Assembly (NCBI GenBank): GCA_951406725.2
Contig: OX597820.1
Span: 11,966,001 to 12,030,000, forward strand
Length of the DNA: 64,000 nucleotides
Direction: 5' to 3'
Source of the DNA: Octopus vulgaris
Taxonomy: Eukaryota
Part shown: one piece after another, positions 38,740 through 52,611 of the stretch
Layout of the letters: each line of letters begins with the position of its first letter
Position numbering within the stretch: position 1 is the first letter of the stretch
Notes under the pieces: model-generated
What the model was told of the DNA's origin: nothing
Seen by the model: only the letters and a program-made list of their open reading frames with translations
Database searches by the model: none
Translations under genes and position numbers: made by a program

Positions 38740-39106
38740 TTTTATCGTTTATCTTTCAGATATTAGACTGCGGCTATGTTGAGACACCGCTTTGAAGAAT
38801 TTTTAGCCGAGTGAATCGACCAAAATATTCAGCCGAACCGCTAAGTTACTACGAGGTAAACACACCAACATCGGCTGTAAAGCGGTGATGGGGGAAAACA
38901 CGGACACAAAGATGCACGCGCGCACATACACTCAGACACACATGTACACGACGGGCTTCTTTCAGTTTCCATCGACCAAATCCACTCACAAAGCTTTGGT
39001 CAACCCGAGGCAATAAAAGTCACTTACCGAAGGCATGACACAATAGGACTGAACCCAAAACATTATGGTTGGAAAACAAGTTTCTTACCACACAGCAATA
39101 CCTGCA
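38740..39106 (-). mobile_element. Diverged SINE B
   Basis: ACGACGGGCTTCTTTCAGTTTCC and CTTACCACACAGC blocks. Confidence 0.8.
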
Positions 39107-39375
39107 CTTATGTGTGCGTGCGTGTATGTATGTACACGCACACACACACATACACAGAAAGAAAAAAAGTTTTAAATCTCTGAGCGAGAAATAAGCAGTA
39201 ACAATACCACAGAGTAAAATCTATTTGACAACGTAAATTGGCAGTCCCGATAAGGATGATGTTACTACTTTTTTTAGCCCCAAGAAAACATATTTTCCAG
39301 CTGGCTATCGACACACAACTACGCCTTCATACCTCGAACAAAAGAGCTAATGCCCCCACTCAGATTTAAACGGCA

Positions 39376-39420
39376 CCTGTGGACCATAGTTTCTGAGTTA
39401 TTTAACTTCATCAGTACAGG
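39376..39420 (-). ncRNA. Hammerhead ribozyme motif
   Basis: RC CCTGTA-CTGATGA-AGTTAAATAACTCA-GAAA-CTATGG-TC-CACAGG. Confidence 0.65.
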
Positions 39421-39568
39421 ATAACCGTTGGCTAGCGATGGCTACTTACTTTTCGCTCATAGATTTAAAACTAATTGTATTCCTCTATACGAGATCAGTG
39501 ATTGTGTGTCACTTTAAAAGTATAAACCTCGAGCAAGACCTAGCGCTACCATCGCCAGGCAACGGTTT

Positions 39569-39613
39569 CCTGTGTCGATGAACAGAAATAACTCAGAAAC
39601 CATGGTCCACAGG
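39569..39613 (+). ncRNA. Hammerhead ribozyme motif, core mutated
   Basis: CCTGTG-TCGATGA-ACAGAAATAACTCA-GAAA-CCATGG-TC-CACAGG; perfect stem I and palindromic stem III ACCATGGT. Confidence 0.55.
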
Positions 39614-39774
39614 TACCGTTTAAGGCTAAGTGGAGACATTAGCTCCCTTGCTCAAGGTATAAGGACGCAGTTGTCCGTCGGTAGTCAGATGAAAAAAGAT
39701 GTCTTCCTGTGACTGAAACACAAAGGTATCATCGTCCTAATCAGCACTGCCAATTTACGATGGCAAATAAATTT

Positions 39775-39855
<81 letters not shown>

Positions 39856-39858
<3 letters not shown>

Positions 39859-40042
39859 GCCATGATAGATCGTTAACCACTACACGCATTTTTTTCTCTC
39901 CTTGTTTTTTCTGTGTCCCTTTCTATAGAAGAGCGTAGGCTCGAAACGTAAAAGACTTTTTTCTATTCCTGAGCGTTATACTAATACATCTGTTTCTTTT
40001 GTACACCACCTGTCTTCGTCTTTTGTAGTTTTCGTAAACTCT

Positions 40043-40046
<4 letters not shown>
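39856..40046 (+). mobile_element. Short Penelope-like element in (TA)n with a degenerate hammerhead (39919-39954)
   Basis: CTTT-CTATAGA-A-GAGCGTAGGCTC-GAAA-CG-TA-AAAG; pure (TA)n on both flanks. Confidence 0.6.
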
Positions 40047-40131
<85 letters not shown>

Positions 40132-41103
40132 TGTATGTATGTATGTATCTATCTATCTATCTATCCGTCTGTCTGTCTGTCTGTCTGTCTATCTATATTT
40201 ATAGTAACTCACTGTATTCAAAATCATATGAACTGGAAACAGCCAAAGACAATGAAGTTATCGACACATCAACTAACACACAATCATATACATGCGTAAG
40301 CATAATGTTTCACCTACAGCCGTCCTTAGCAACCTATTTTGAAAACAAGACAGTGAATGTATATTTGAAATTTATCAAATTAATTTCTCAGGATGCTCTG
40401 TAAATCTAAATATAATATTTAAAGCATTTTTGAGATATCAAGTTCCAAGAAAAACTATTTAAATGAGTTGTGTATTCGCGTCAAATGTGCGGAATATTAA
40501 AAAAACAAACGAAAACCAAAACAGTCAAAGGTAGAAAATCAAAAAGCGAAAATACTGCGTTTTAGAATCAAATCAAAGGATTTATATCTGTTTATTGTCG
40601 ATAGCTTGATTATATCAGAGGCTTGCTTCATTAAAACTCCAAAGAAAAGAGGCATCAAAAATTCTATTGAAATTTGAATAGATCTCCTTCTAGAAGCTTT
40701 CTTCTGGCTCATTGAACAAATAAAGGATGACTTTAAAGTAATATCAATTCTCAGTGATTCTTTTTAATACAGATTCTTTTTTTTTTTTTATTCTATTGGT
40801 TTCTTGGTAACTCAAGGAAACAACAAAAAAATGTGATAAAGATTTTCCAGATTGTAAATTTTTAGGCCTTTCAAGTAACGAAGACAAACACAAAAGACAA
40901 TTACACACACACACACACAGACTCACAGACACACAGACACACACATGCGTACACACTCATTCACTTACATATGTACACATAACTAATGCGTGTGTGATAT
41001 ATATATATAAAAACTATATATACATATGTAATATATGTATAAATAATATTTATATGTACTATTTATGTAACATACAAACACACACACATATACACACGCA
41101 TAA

Positions 41104-41154
<51 letters not shown>

Positions 41155-41254
41155 ATAAATGTAAATATATACATATATAAATGTATATATGTGCGTGTGT
41201 TTATATATGTATATAATTATGCACACATACACAAACACAGGTACGTATATAAAA

Positions 41255-41543
41255 AAATCAAGATGACAAAGAAATTATACTTACGTTATGAACGTCAATA
41301 GCTTATAGCTGTTTCTGCTGTAAGATTCAGTGGACTCATTGCTGAGTGCTTGAGTATCATTCTTTAGCTTCATCGGAGCTTCAAACATGAAGTTCAAAAT
41401 AACTTAATGCTTTAAGCTCCGATAAGACTATAGAGTGATACTCAAGTACTTAAGTATTAGTGCATTGCATCTTACAGCAGAAACGGCCGTAAGCTAATGG
41501 AGTCCACGACAAACTTGTTTATTCCTTCGTCGTCCTAAATTTC
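41255..41543. mobile_element. Palindromic element with two divergently oriented hammerhead-like motifs
   Basis: Clear inverted arms over 41299-41496. Left RC AGCT-CCGATGA-AGCT..AGCA-GAAA-CAGCTA-TA-AGCT (41300-41381); right AGCT-CCGATAA-..AGCA-GAAA-CGGCCG-TA-AGCT (41414-41495). Confidence 0.65.
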
Positions 41544-41694
41544 TTATTACCACTCTGTATTCAACTGACGATTCATTCTGGAGACTACGTGTATTGAGTT
41601 CTAACACCAGGCTAGTAGCATCGCAATGCCTATGCGAAATATAAACATACATACATACATACATACATACATACATACATACATACATACATAC

Positions 41695-42028
41695 ATGGCT
41701 CAGTGGTTAGAGCGTCGAGCTTACGATCGTCAGGTTGTGAGCTCGAATCCCGGACCGGGCTGCGTGATGTGTTCTCGAGCAAGGCACTTTATTTCACGTT
41801 GCTCCAGTTCACTCAGCTGTAGAAATGAGTTGCGACGTCACTGGTGCCAAGCTGTATCGACCTTTGTCTTTCCCTTGGATAACACTGGTGGCGTGGAGAG
41901 GGGAGGCTGGTATGCATGGGCGACTGCTGGCCTTCCATAAAACAACCTTGCCCGGACTTGTGTCTTGGAGGGTAACTTTCTAGGTGCAATCCCATGGTCA
42001 TTCATGACCGAAGGGGGTCTTTACCCTT
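41695..42028 (+). mobile_element. SINE C
   Basis: ATGGCTCAGTGGTTAGAGCGTCG..TCGAATCCCGG..CCCATGGTCATTCATGACCGAAGGGGGTC; inserted in (ACAT)n. Confidence 0.92.
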
Positions 42029-42058
42029 ACATACATACATGCATGTATACATATATAC

Positions 42059-42097
<39 letters not shown>

Positions 42098-42290
42098 CAC
42101 ATATATATATACATACGTACATACATATATATGAATATATATGCATGTATAATTGTGTATTCATATAAACATGCATGCACACACACATACACACACACAC
42201 ATATATATATATATATATTGATAGATATGGTAAGACAACAAAAGAATGAAAGAGACCTCGATATTATGTTAATAGAAGAATAGAGGAATT

Positions 42291-42332
<42 letters not shown>

Positions 42333-42459
42333 CAAACATATATGTGTGTGTGTGCGTGCGTGTATGTGCGCGTGTCCGTGTGTGCATGTGTCCGTGTTTA
42401 GAACGATGTATATGTTTGTGTGTGTAAGTACATGATCGCCTAAGACTTTGGATAAATAT

Positions 42460-42780
42460 GAGTATGGCTGTATCGCTAAGAGGCTCGGTTTGAAACCACG
42501 AGGTTTGCGGTTCAGTCCTACTGCTCTGCACCTTGGACAAGTCTTTTATAATAACCTTGGGCCAACAATCGCCCTTTGCATGGATTTGGGTGAAAGGAAC
42601 TCCGTGGGAGACCGTTATACACACACAAACACACACACACGCATTCTTTCGACAAAAGCGAATGATACATCAGACTTAATAACATAACTACTGAGGTCGA
42701 TTTGTTCAGCTAAAACCTTCAAGGTGGTGCCCCACCACGGCGGCAGTCTAATAGACTAGTAGAAGATAAAAGTCATTTGC
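42460..42780 (+). mobile_element. Diverged SINE B
   Basis: GGTTCAGTCC..CACCTTGGACAAGT and GGTGGTGCCCCACCACGG remnants. Confidence 0.6.
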
Positions 42781-43091
42781 TGTAGATGTGAATGTACACC
42801 CCGTATGTCTGTATGTATACCTTTGTGTATGTTCGTTTGAAATACAGAACAAATTGCTCTGTGTGAAACTCATTTTCAAAGGTTTACTGACTCATTTCAA
42901 ATAAGATTCTACGGTTTCTGTGTATCCAGGACTCAACCGAACTAAATTGCACAAGATACGCTACTCTAAGGTTTTCTCTGAAATTTTGTATCACGTATAT
43001 TTATCGAAAAGTTGAAGCCTTAATGCTATACTCTAAATCTGCGGGAAATCTCTGGTATAACTGTAAAAAATTGATTTATATGTTGGCATGT

Positions 43092-43305
43092 TCTTTTCCT
43101 CTTTTACTCTTTTACTTGTTTCAGTTATTTGACTGTGGCCTTGCTGGAGCACCGCCTTTAGTCGAGCAAATCGACCCCAGGACTTATTCGTTGTAAGCCT
43201 AGTACTTATTCTATCGGTTTCTTTTGCCGAACCGCTGGGCTACGGGGACGTAAATACACCAGCATCAGTTGTCAAGCAATGTTGGGACACACATACACAC
43301 ACACG

Positions 43306-43370
<65 letters not shown>

Positions 43371-43533
43371 GACGGGCTTCTTTCAGTTTCCGTCTACCAA
43401 ATCCACTCATAAGGCTTTGGTCGGCCCCAGGCTATAGTAGAAGACACTTGCCCAAGGTGCCACGCAGTGGGACTGAACCCGGAACCATGTGGTTGGTAAG
43501 CAAGCTACTTACCACACAGCCACTCCTACGCCT
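43092..43533 (-). mobile_element. SINE B, full length
   Basis: RC of 14018-14445. Confidence 0.93.
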
Positions 43534-45244
43534 TACTCCACTCCTATGCCAGCATATTTATTAGAAATCGTTTATAATTTTTTATTACTGAATGGCCTGA
43601 TTAAGTTTTGACATTTTCTAATCATTTCCAGAATCGAATTCTATGTTTGTCAACTAACTTGTCAATAGGATACAGATGGGTATTTCATTGCTATTGTGAA
43701 GAAAAATGCCTTGAAATTATGTGATCACTCTTTGAAAATGGAGAACAAGCACTATGATTTATATCCAATAAGTGAAAGTGTTGACACAATAATAAATTTA
43801 ATAATAGCGTAAAATGTGAAGTACATTAAAAGGAATTTTTCGAAATGTTCGAAAAAATAAAACGAATTTGTCTTTGAAGAAAACTAACAACAGAATTCGG
43901 GTTAAAAAGCAAGAAAGTAATCTGGTCAAATTCAGAAAATTGCTCAAAACTAAAAGAAAATATCAGAAACAAGAAGCTCCCGTAATTTGCAATTCATTGC
44001 AAAAACAATTATTGGCAGAGAAATCATTTCAGCTGACTAGTTTTCAACCATAAAATGTCACTTTAATGTTCGTTAAAATCAATTTTACATAAAAAAAAAG
44101 CGCGCGTGTACGTGTGATGGACGAAATTGTACTAATGTTGTGAAGATATTGATTAAAAAACTAATGACATACTTGTAAAAATTTCTACTTCCCAATTATC
44201 ACGTTAGATGACATGCAAGCCATTGCTAAATGACAAATGCTAAGTTATGCAACGAAATGTTACTTTTGTAAATCTATGAATGGCTGGGACTTTGTGACAT
44301 TGCCTTATAGGCGGAGTATTATACTGAAGATCCTTTCATTTCAGTAATAATCATAATTCTTGAAGGTTCACAGAGTGGTTAGGTCAGTAAGAGTGTGCTG
44401 ATGGTTGCCAGTAAGGAAAAAAAAATTATAGTCACGAGATAAATTACAACGTGTTGATGTTTTTAGAAAGCAGAATCTCGCACAACACATGTTCTATACA
44501 GAGCAGTCGGAGTGTGATGCAATGTGATGCAATGTGTTGCATTAAAGATGGTGAGAAGAGGAGAGGCACGCATTAGGTTGATTTATGTAGGGTTGATATA
44601 CATCTTATTAATCCAGAAGAGCAGAAAACATGGAGATAACGATATCAGAGAAAACAAGTTAGAACAGAACATGCACAAACTGCTGCTTTTTGGTTGCCGA
44701 TGAGAGAAATACGATCTATATTTTGTGTATATCAACTTTATTATCAGAGATATACGTTTTACTCCAAAATAGGCTTCAAAGAGATCCGTTAAGGATTTCT
44801 GTTTTTAATGTTTGGGATTCCATTATTAATTTTAGGAAACCTGGTCTTTCAAATTCATATTCGACCAAAAAGATGTATGATCATAGAAAGCCTCAAAGAC
44901 TATGAAGTATAGTGCGATTAGCTTTCATTTTTTATACATCGTACTTAAACAATCTGTAAAAGTGTAAATAGCAAGGGCAGACTCAGTAAGCAAACATATC
45001 AGTAATTGTAAATAAGATAGTTATATATTAGTGTGCATTAATCAAATAGAATTATTCCCATGTGAAATATGTAAAAGGTGAAATTTGTTCAGTTCATAAA
45101 CACGAAGAGTTAAGCTACTTATTTTGCTTATTTTCGTTCTATATAAAGCTTCAAATTTTTAAATTGTTTCAGCTTTAAAGCTGTGGTCATGCTGGGGCAC
45201 CACCATTTGAGATTCCTTCACATCAAAATCGATAAAGTATGTGC

Positions 45245-45782
45245 TAGTCTCCTATCGGTTGGTTCGGTTTGGAGAATCTGTCTTGCGATTCTTTCCTATG
45301 ACATCACATGTCCGTAGAACCGGAGCTGTGACTTCTCAACGCGGAGAAGCAGCGGCTTTGCTTGGAAAAAGAGACTCCCTGATCTCCGAGATATGCATCC
45401 TGTCGAGTAACGTTACTTCAGAGATCCCTTCGAGGAACCTCATTTCGGCTGCTTGTATTTGTAATTGCGCTTTTTCGTCATTCAGGACTATTCATGACCA
45501 TAGGAGGAAACTGGCACGAAAACTGAACTGGAGGTAACACGTTTGGTTTCTTTTTCCTCGAACCAACCGTTAAGAGACTTAGGGGTTTAAATCATGCTAG
45601 GAGATCCACCCAGAAAGTGTAATGACAGTTGCTTCTGATAGGATCCTATTGCGAAAGTGTCTGTAGACTCTACTCCAATGACCATCCTAGGAATAGTGGG
45701 CGGAGAAAATGTTTAGATGGATGGATGTGCAAGTGTTGGGTGTGAAGATGTTATTTGGATGGATGTTTAGATGGATGGATGT
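45245..45782. mobile_element. RTE-clade LINE fragment with an inverted 5' segment
   Basis: 45245-45515 (-): IQAAEMRFLEGISEVTLLDRMHISEIRESL..EPTDRRL; 45558-45782 (+): EPTVKRLRG..VMTVASDRIL, then a (GGAT)n tail. Confidence 0.7.
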
Positions 45783-45889
45783 GTTGGTTGGAGAGAATAG
45801 CAAAAAGTGAATGAACCAATGGTAAAATTCATCGAAATCGTTTGAGATAGTAACACTTCAATAGTAGTTGTTATTGCTGTTGCTGCTGC

Positions 45890-46260
45890 TGCTGAGCGAA
45901 CGGTCTTCGTCCCAGAGCTCGCAAGATGGGAGAAGTCCGAAACGTGGTCCTTTGCTATTCGTAAGACCCGCAGAAGAGAAAGCAGGTCAACCCCCCGACA
46001 CCGAGAGCATCGACGGATGGATGAATGCACATACAGGCTCAGCGGTTGCGTAGGAAGTCCGGGACAAGAAACAGGAAGAAAGAGTGAGAGAAAGTTGAAG
46101 CAAAAGAGTACAACAGGGGTCGCCACCACCCCCTGTCGGAGTCTCGTGCAGCTTTAGGTGTTTTCACTCAATAAACACACACAACGCCCGGTCTGGGAAT
46201 CGAAACCGCGATCCTCTGACTGCGAGTCCGCTGCCCTAACCACTGGGCCATTGCGCCTCC
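45890..46260 (-). mobile_element. SINE D (tail type 2)
   Basis: Head matches 12934-13130; different 3' part ending in CAG/CAA repeats. Confidence 0.88.
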
Positions 46261-46564
46261 TGTTGTTGCTGCTGTTTGTAGTGGTGGTGTAGTTGTTTTG
46301 TTACGTCTGTTCTTTCTTGCAGGGGTTTTCCACAGGAAGTTTTAAGCTGGCAACTTCACGCTAACTAAACTTCCCTTTACTCGTAGCAGTGAACATCTCT
46401 CTCTGCGGCATACATTTTGATTTGTAGGCAGGGGAAATATCGCTAAAGTATTGGCCGTCTTTGTACTGCTTCTAGTAAGTGTTGGTCATATGGAAGCAGG
46501 ATTAAATAATCGGACTCTAACTGGCAGATGGAAAAGATTTCCTTGCTGTGTTGTAGAAAAGCCA

Positions 46565-46752
46565 GGCGCAGGTATGGCTGTGTGGTTAAGAAGCTCCCTT
46601 TGCAATCACGCCGTTTCAGGTTCAGTCCCACTACGCGACACCTAGAAGAGTATCTTCTCCTATGGCCCGGGGCCGACCGATACTTGTGAGTCGATTTGGT
46701 AGGCAAAAACTGTGAAAGACACACACACACACACACACACATACACACACAC

Positions 46753-46787
<35 letters not shown>

Positions 46788-46995
46788 ACACACACACATA
46801 TGTGTGTTAGTGTGTGTTTGTGTCTGTGTTTGTCATCGCTTGACAACCAGTATTGGTTTATTTACGTTACCGTAACCTAGCAGTTCGGTACAACAGACCG
46901 ATAGATTAAGGAACAAACTTTGAAAAAAGATTAACTACTGTGGTCGATGTGTGCCCCAGTATGGTCGCTGACCTTGACTGAAATAAGTAAAAGAA
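46565..46995 (+). mobile_element. SINE B
   Basis: GGCGCAGGTATGGCTGTGTGG head and TGACTGAAATAAGTAAAAG tail. Confidence 0.82.
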
Positions 46996-47186
46996 CAAAT
47001 GAAAATAAGGAGCTGTAAGGTAAGTAGAGCAACAGAATTATTATTTATTGCGATTAGATTGGTTTTCTGTGTTTTGAGTTTAAATCTCGTCAGGTCTAAT
47101 TTTGTTTTCCATTCCTTTGACACGATAAGTGTCAAACTTGAATGGATGTCAATTCAAATCAACTATATCACTCTCGTTCAATTTAA

Positions 47187-47416
47187 GGCGGCGAGTTGGC
47201 AGAAACGTTAGCACGCCGGGCGAAATACGTAGCCATATTTCGTCTGCCGTTACGTTCTGAATTCAAATTCTGCCGAGGTCGACTGTGCCTTTCATCCTTC
47301 GGGGTCGATGAATTAAGTACCAGTTACGCACTGGGGTTAATGTAATCGACTTAATCAGTTTGTCTGTCCTTGTTTGTCCTCTCTGTGTTTAGCCCCTTGC
47401 GGGTAGTAAAGAAATA
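47187..47416 (+). mobile_element. SINE A
   Basis: Full consensus match; ~20-bp TSD TATATCACTCT(C/T)GTTCAATTT. Confidence 0.93.
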
Positions 47417-48180
47417 TATATCACTCTTGTTCAATTTTGTAGACATTATTATGGAGGAATCGCTATTGGCGTGTGCCGAACACTTGAAACTATACTCCAG
47501 AGAGCGTTCTTTAATCAGTTTCAGTTCCAGCTTGGTACCTTGCCATCGCACTTGGATGATTAAAATAGCCACAACTTCCTGGTGGTTTTTTAATTTTTAC
47601 TTTAAAATGTTAAGCTTCGAGCGACAAAATAATGTTGTATAACAGTTTTAAAGGTTAATTCCTTTTGTAAAAGATAAATTCGTTCGTCTTTCTTTTTTCT
47701 TCTTCACTCTCCATCACCATATGTCTAAAAAAAAAAAATGGTTGAATTTATTCACATTCTAAAAAGGGTAAATATATTCACATATTAAAAACGTTGTAGA
47801 GAAAGAATAACTCCAGAAAAAAGAAAACAATAAAAGTACGATAATAAAATTTTTGTGTTAATTCAAATAACTTTGGATAGGATTAAAATAAATGCAGAAA
47901 AGAAAAGGAATTAATTTATCTGACAACCTAGTTGAAATATTTAAAAATTGGGCGAGGACAACCGAGCCTGCAAATTGATTTTGAGTTCTCGAATGAAAAT
48001 ATGTCGATTCCCTTACACCGATGTTGCTGAGAAAGAAATTAGCTTCACAGATCTATTCATAATTTTCTAAACCCTTTTACATTTATGAATACGAAAAAAA
48101 AAAAGCAATTATCCTTATCGATTTAGACAAAAATTCGAGAATCAAGATTACAGCATCGGAAATTTTATTTTTGTTTCACT

Positions 48181-48181
48181 A

Positions 48182-48243
<62 letters not shown>

Positions 48244-48251
48244 TAATAATA

Positions 48252-48318
<67 letters not shown>

Positions 48319-48350
48319 TTGATAATATATATATATATATATATATATAG
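48181..48350. repeat. (AAT)n followed by (TA)n
   Basis: Direct reading. Confidence 0.95.
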
Positions 48351-48357
48351 TTAATCC

Positions 48358-48553
48358 AAACATAACCAAAGAGAAAACACAACAACGAGAGGACGTGGAA
48401 TAAGTATAGTGTTATTTGACGCTCGGGAAAGGAAAAAAAGAAGGAGGATTCAACGTTTCGAGCGGAACTCTTCGTCAGAAACATCGGAAAAGGAAAGATC
48501 CAAAGAAGGGAAGACGGAGGGAAAAAATCGCCAACGATACACACGCGGTCACA
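48358..48553 (-). mobile_element. Short Penelope-like element with a minimal hammerhead (48449-48481)
   Basis: RC TTT-CTGACGA-A-GAG(TTCCG)CTC-GAAA-CG-TT-GAA with an intact CUGANGA/GAAA core; distantly similar to 23056-23262; lies between microsatellites. Confidence 0.65.
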
Positions 48554-48554
48554 T

Positions 48555-48662
<108 letters not shown>

Positions 48663-48719
48663 TACTGCTACAGTAATATCTATTGTGTGATGGGCATCAA
48701 GTCGTTAGACTAAATACAA

Positions 48720-49105
48720 GAGTGGCTCTGTGGTAAGAAGTTTGCTTCCCAACCACATGTTTCCGGGTTCAGTCCCACTGGGTGGCACCTTGGGCAGGTG
48801 TCTTCTACTGTAGCCTTGGGCCCGACTAAAGCCTTGTGAGTGGATTTGGTAGACGGAAACTGAAAAAAGCCCATCGTCTATATATATATATTTGTATGTG
48901 TGTGTGTGTGTGTATTTGTGTGTCTGTGTCTGTCCCCCCACCATCGCTTGTCAACTTAGTAGTTCGGGAAAAAGAACCCGATAGAATAAGTACTAGGGTT
49001 ACAAAGAGCAAGTCCTGGGGTCGATTTGCTCAACTAAAGGCGTTGCTCCAGCATGGCCGCAGTCACATGACTGAAACAAGTAAAAGAATTAAAGAATAAA
49101 AGAAA
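48720..49105 (+). mobile_element. SINE B
   Basis: Consensus match with a small internal deletion. Confidence 0.9.
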
Positions 49106-49250
49106 ATACCTAAAGTTAAACATGCGCTTTCATACACAGCTTAATCTGTACAAAAGTAATAAATATTACTATAAGCCTACATGCCCAGAAAAGCACGAAG
49201 TTATATATTTAGAGGTAAAGAGACTAATTCATGAAGGAAACAAATATATA

Positions 49251-50783
<1,533 letters not shown>

Positions 50784-51360
50784 TATTCCAGGTGAAGGAC
50801 ATTCAGTGTAAGAAATGATGAAATCTCGCATAACTTAAGGCTAAGGTAACAGTTAATTCCTTTCTAATTCAATCACAATTATCCTCAATTTATTCTACTC
50901 TAATTAGAGAAGGATGTCTAGTTCCAAACAAATGGCGAGCACCATTTGGTTAAAACTGTAATTCAATTTAATACAATGAGGGGAGAGCTGAAAAAGATAT
51001 CTGTCCATCAACAAACCAACATTTAAATATGATAAACAGTATATAAAAACCAACGCTACACAAATTGCATAGGTCTCTGTGTTCACAGAAGTACATATAT
51101 TTATACACAAACATATAGTTTTTATGCATAGACAAAAATATGTATGTATGCAATATATATATAATATATATATATATGTAAGCATATATATAATATCATA
51201 TTTGCTATTGTTTTATATAAATATATTCTTGAATATATCTATAAATATACGAAATATATATATATACATATATATATAAGATACATATATAGAGTAGCGA
51301 ATATTCTTTAGAAATATCACCACCATTGACCTAGCATGTATTATTTTATAAGTATATATA

Positions 51361-51439
<79 letters not shown>

Positions 51440-51854
51440 GAAAAAATAAGCATAGGTGTTTGTGTTTACGTGCGTGTGAGGTTAAGAAAATCTTTCTTTC
51501 TCTCTCTCTCTCTCTGTATCTCTCTCTCTCTCTGTCTCTCTGTCTTCTCTCTCTCTGTCTCTCTCTCTCTATCCCTATTTTACAGTTTTTGTTAATACAC
51601 AATTATATTTGTCCGTTTATATGTAGCTCTGTTATTTGGTAGGTGTATATATTATTATTATTATATGTTTTTGCTATGTATATGTTCGTGTGGGTGTTTA
51701 AATAAATTATATAGTTTTCCAGATTAATAGGAAATGTTGCGAGATTGAAGGAAATTAAAATCGATTTCAATGTTAGAAATAATCATCTATTGGTTAACTT
51801 TTATATATGGGAATAATTCTGGCATCGCGTTGTTAGTGATAATAGTTCTGGAGA

Positions 51855-52385
51855 TGGTGGCGGCGATGATGAAGAATGGGATTTATTGATGGGATGGCGG
51901 TGGTGATGGCGGTGGTGATGGTGGTGGGGATGGTGGTGGTGACGATGGAGTTGATGGCGGTGATGGTGGTGGTGGTGGTAATAGAGGGCGCTGAAGGTGA
52001 TTGTGGTGGTGATGGCGGTGAAAATAGCGGTGGCGAAGGTGGTGGCGAAGGCGGTGATAAAGACAGCGGTGAAGGTGGTGGCGATGGTGGTGGCGATGGC
52101 GTGGAATCTGGCGGTGGCGATGGTGGTGGCGATGGCGGTGATAATGACGGTGGCGATGGTGGTGATAATTGCGGTGGCGATGGTGGTGGCGATGGTGGTG
52201 GCGATGGTGGTGGCGTTGGTGGCGATGGCAGTGATAATTGCTGTGGCGAAGGTGGTGGCGATGATGATGGTGATGTCGGTGATAATGGCGGTGGCGAAGG
52301 TGGAGGCGATGGCGGTGATACTGACGGTGGCGATGGTGGTGGTGGAGATAGTGGCGATGTTGGTGGTAATGGTGGTTAATGGTAA
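51855..52385. repeat. Degenerate (GGT/GGC/GAT)n low-complexity tract
   Basis: GGTGGCGATGGT-like units; open in several frames. Confidence 0.9.
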
Positions 52386-52611
52386 CGGTAGGGATGCAAA
52401 ATGCGGCGCTGCAGAAAGCGATTCTGTAGCTGGAATGTTGTGGTAGATTTCGCGGATTTTGAGGGAGAAGAAAAAAGAAAATGAGAAGTTATTGACGGTT
52501 TGGTGATTGTATTGTAGCATTGGTAGGCAGAACTGGATGCGGAGGCTGTGATAGATCTACATTAGAAATAGTGATTGATTTTCGGTTTGCGTTCTTACGA
52601 GTGGCTTACGA

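Larger units (their letters stand above)
39211..39780. mobile_element. 570-bp palindromic element with two divergently oriented hammerhead motifs (Penelope-like inverted terminal repeats)
   Basis: Arms ~260 bp (AGAGTAAAAT.. / ..ATTTTACTCT) with a ~45-bp spacer; hammerheads at 39376-39420 (-) and 39569-39613 (+). Confidence 0.75.

Noticed and set aside
43560-44950. Possible host exons in repeat-poor sequence
   Set aside because: No convincing splice-bounded open frame or protein similarity; small exons cannot be excluded without RNA-seq.
45889-45955. Hammerhead-like motif antisense to a SINE D tail (CTGCTGA..GAAACGTGGTC)
   Set aside because: Core spacing is wrong, no stem I is found, and CTGCTG comes from the simple-repeat tail.
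51801-52520. Gly/Asp-rich or Thr/Ala/His-rich structural protein ORFs
   Set aside because: Trinucleotide low-complexity tract open in several frames on both strands; no signal peptide or splice evidence.
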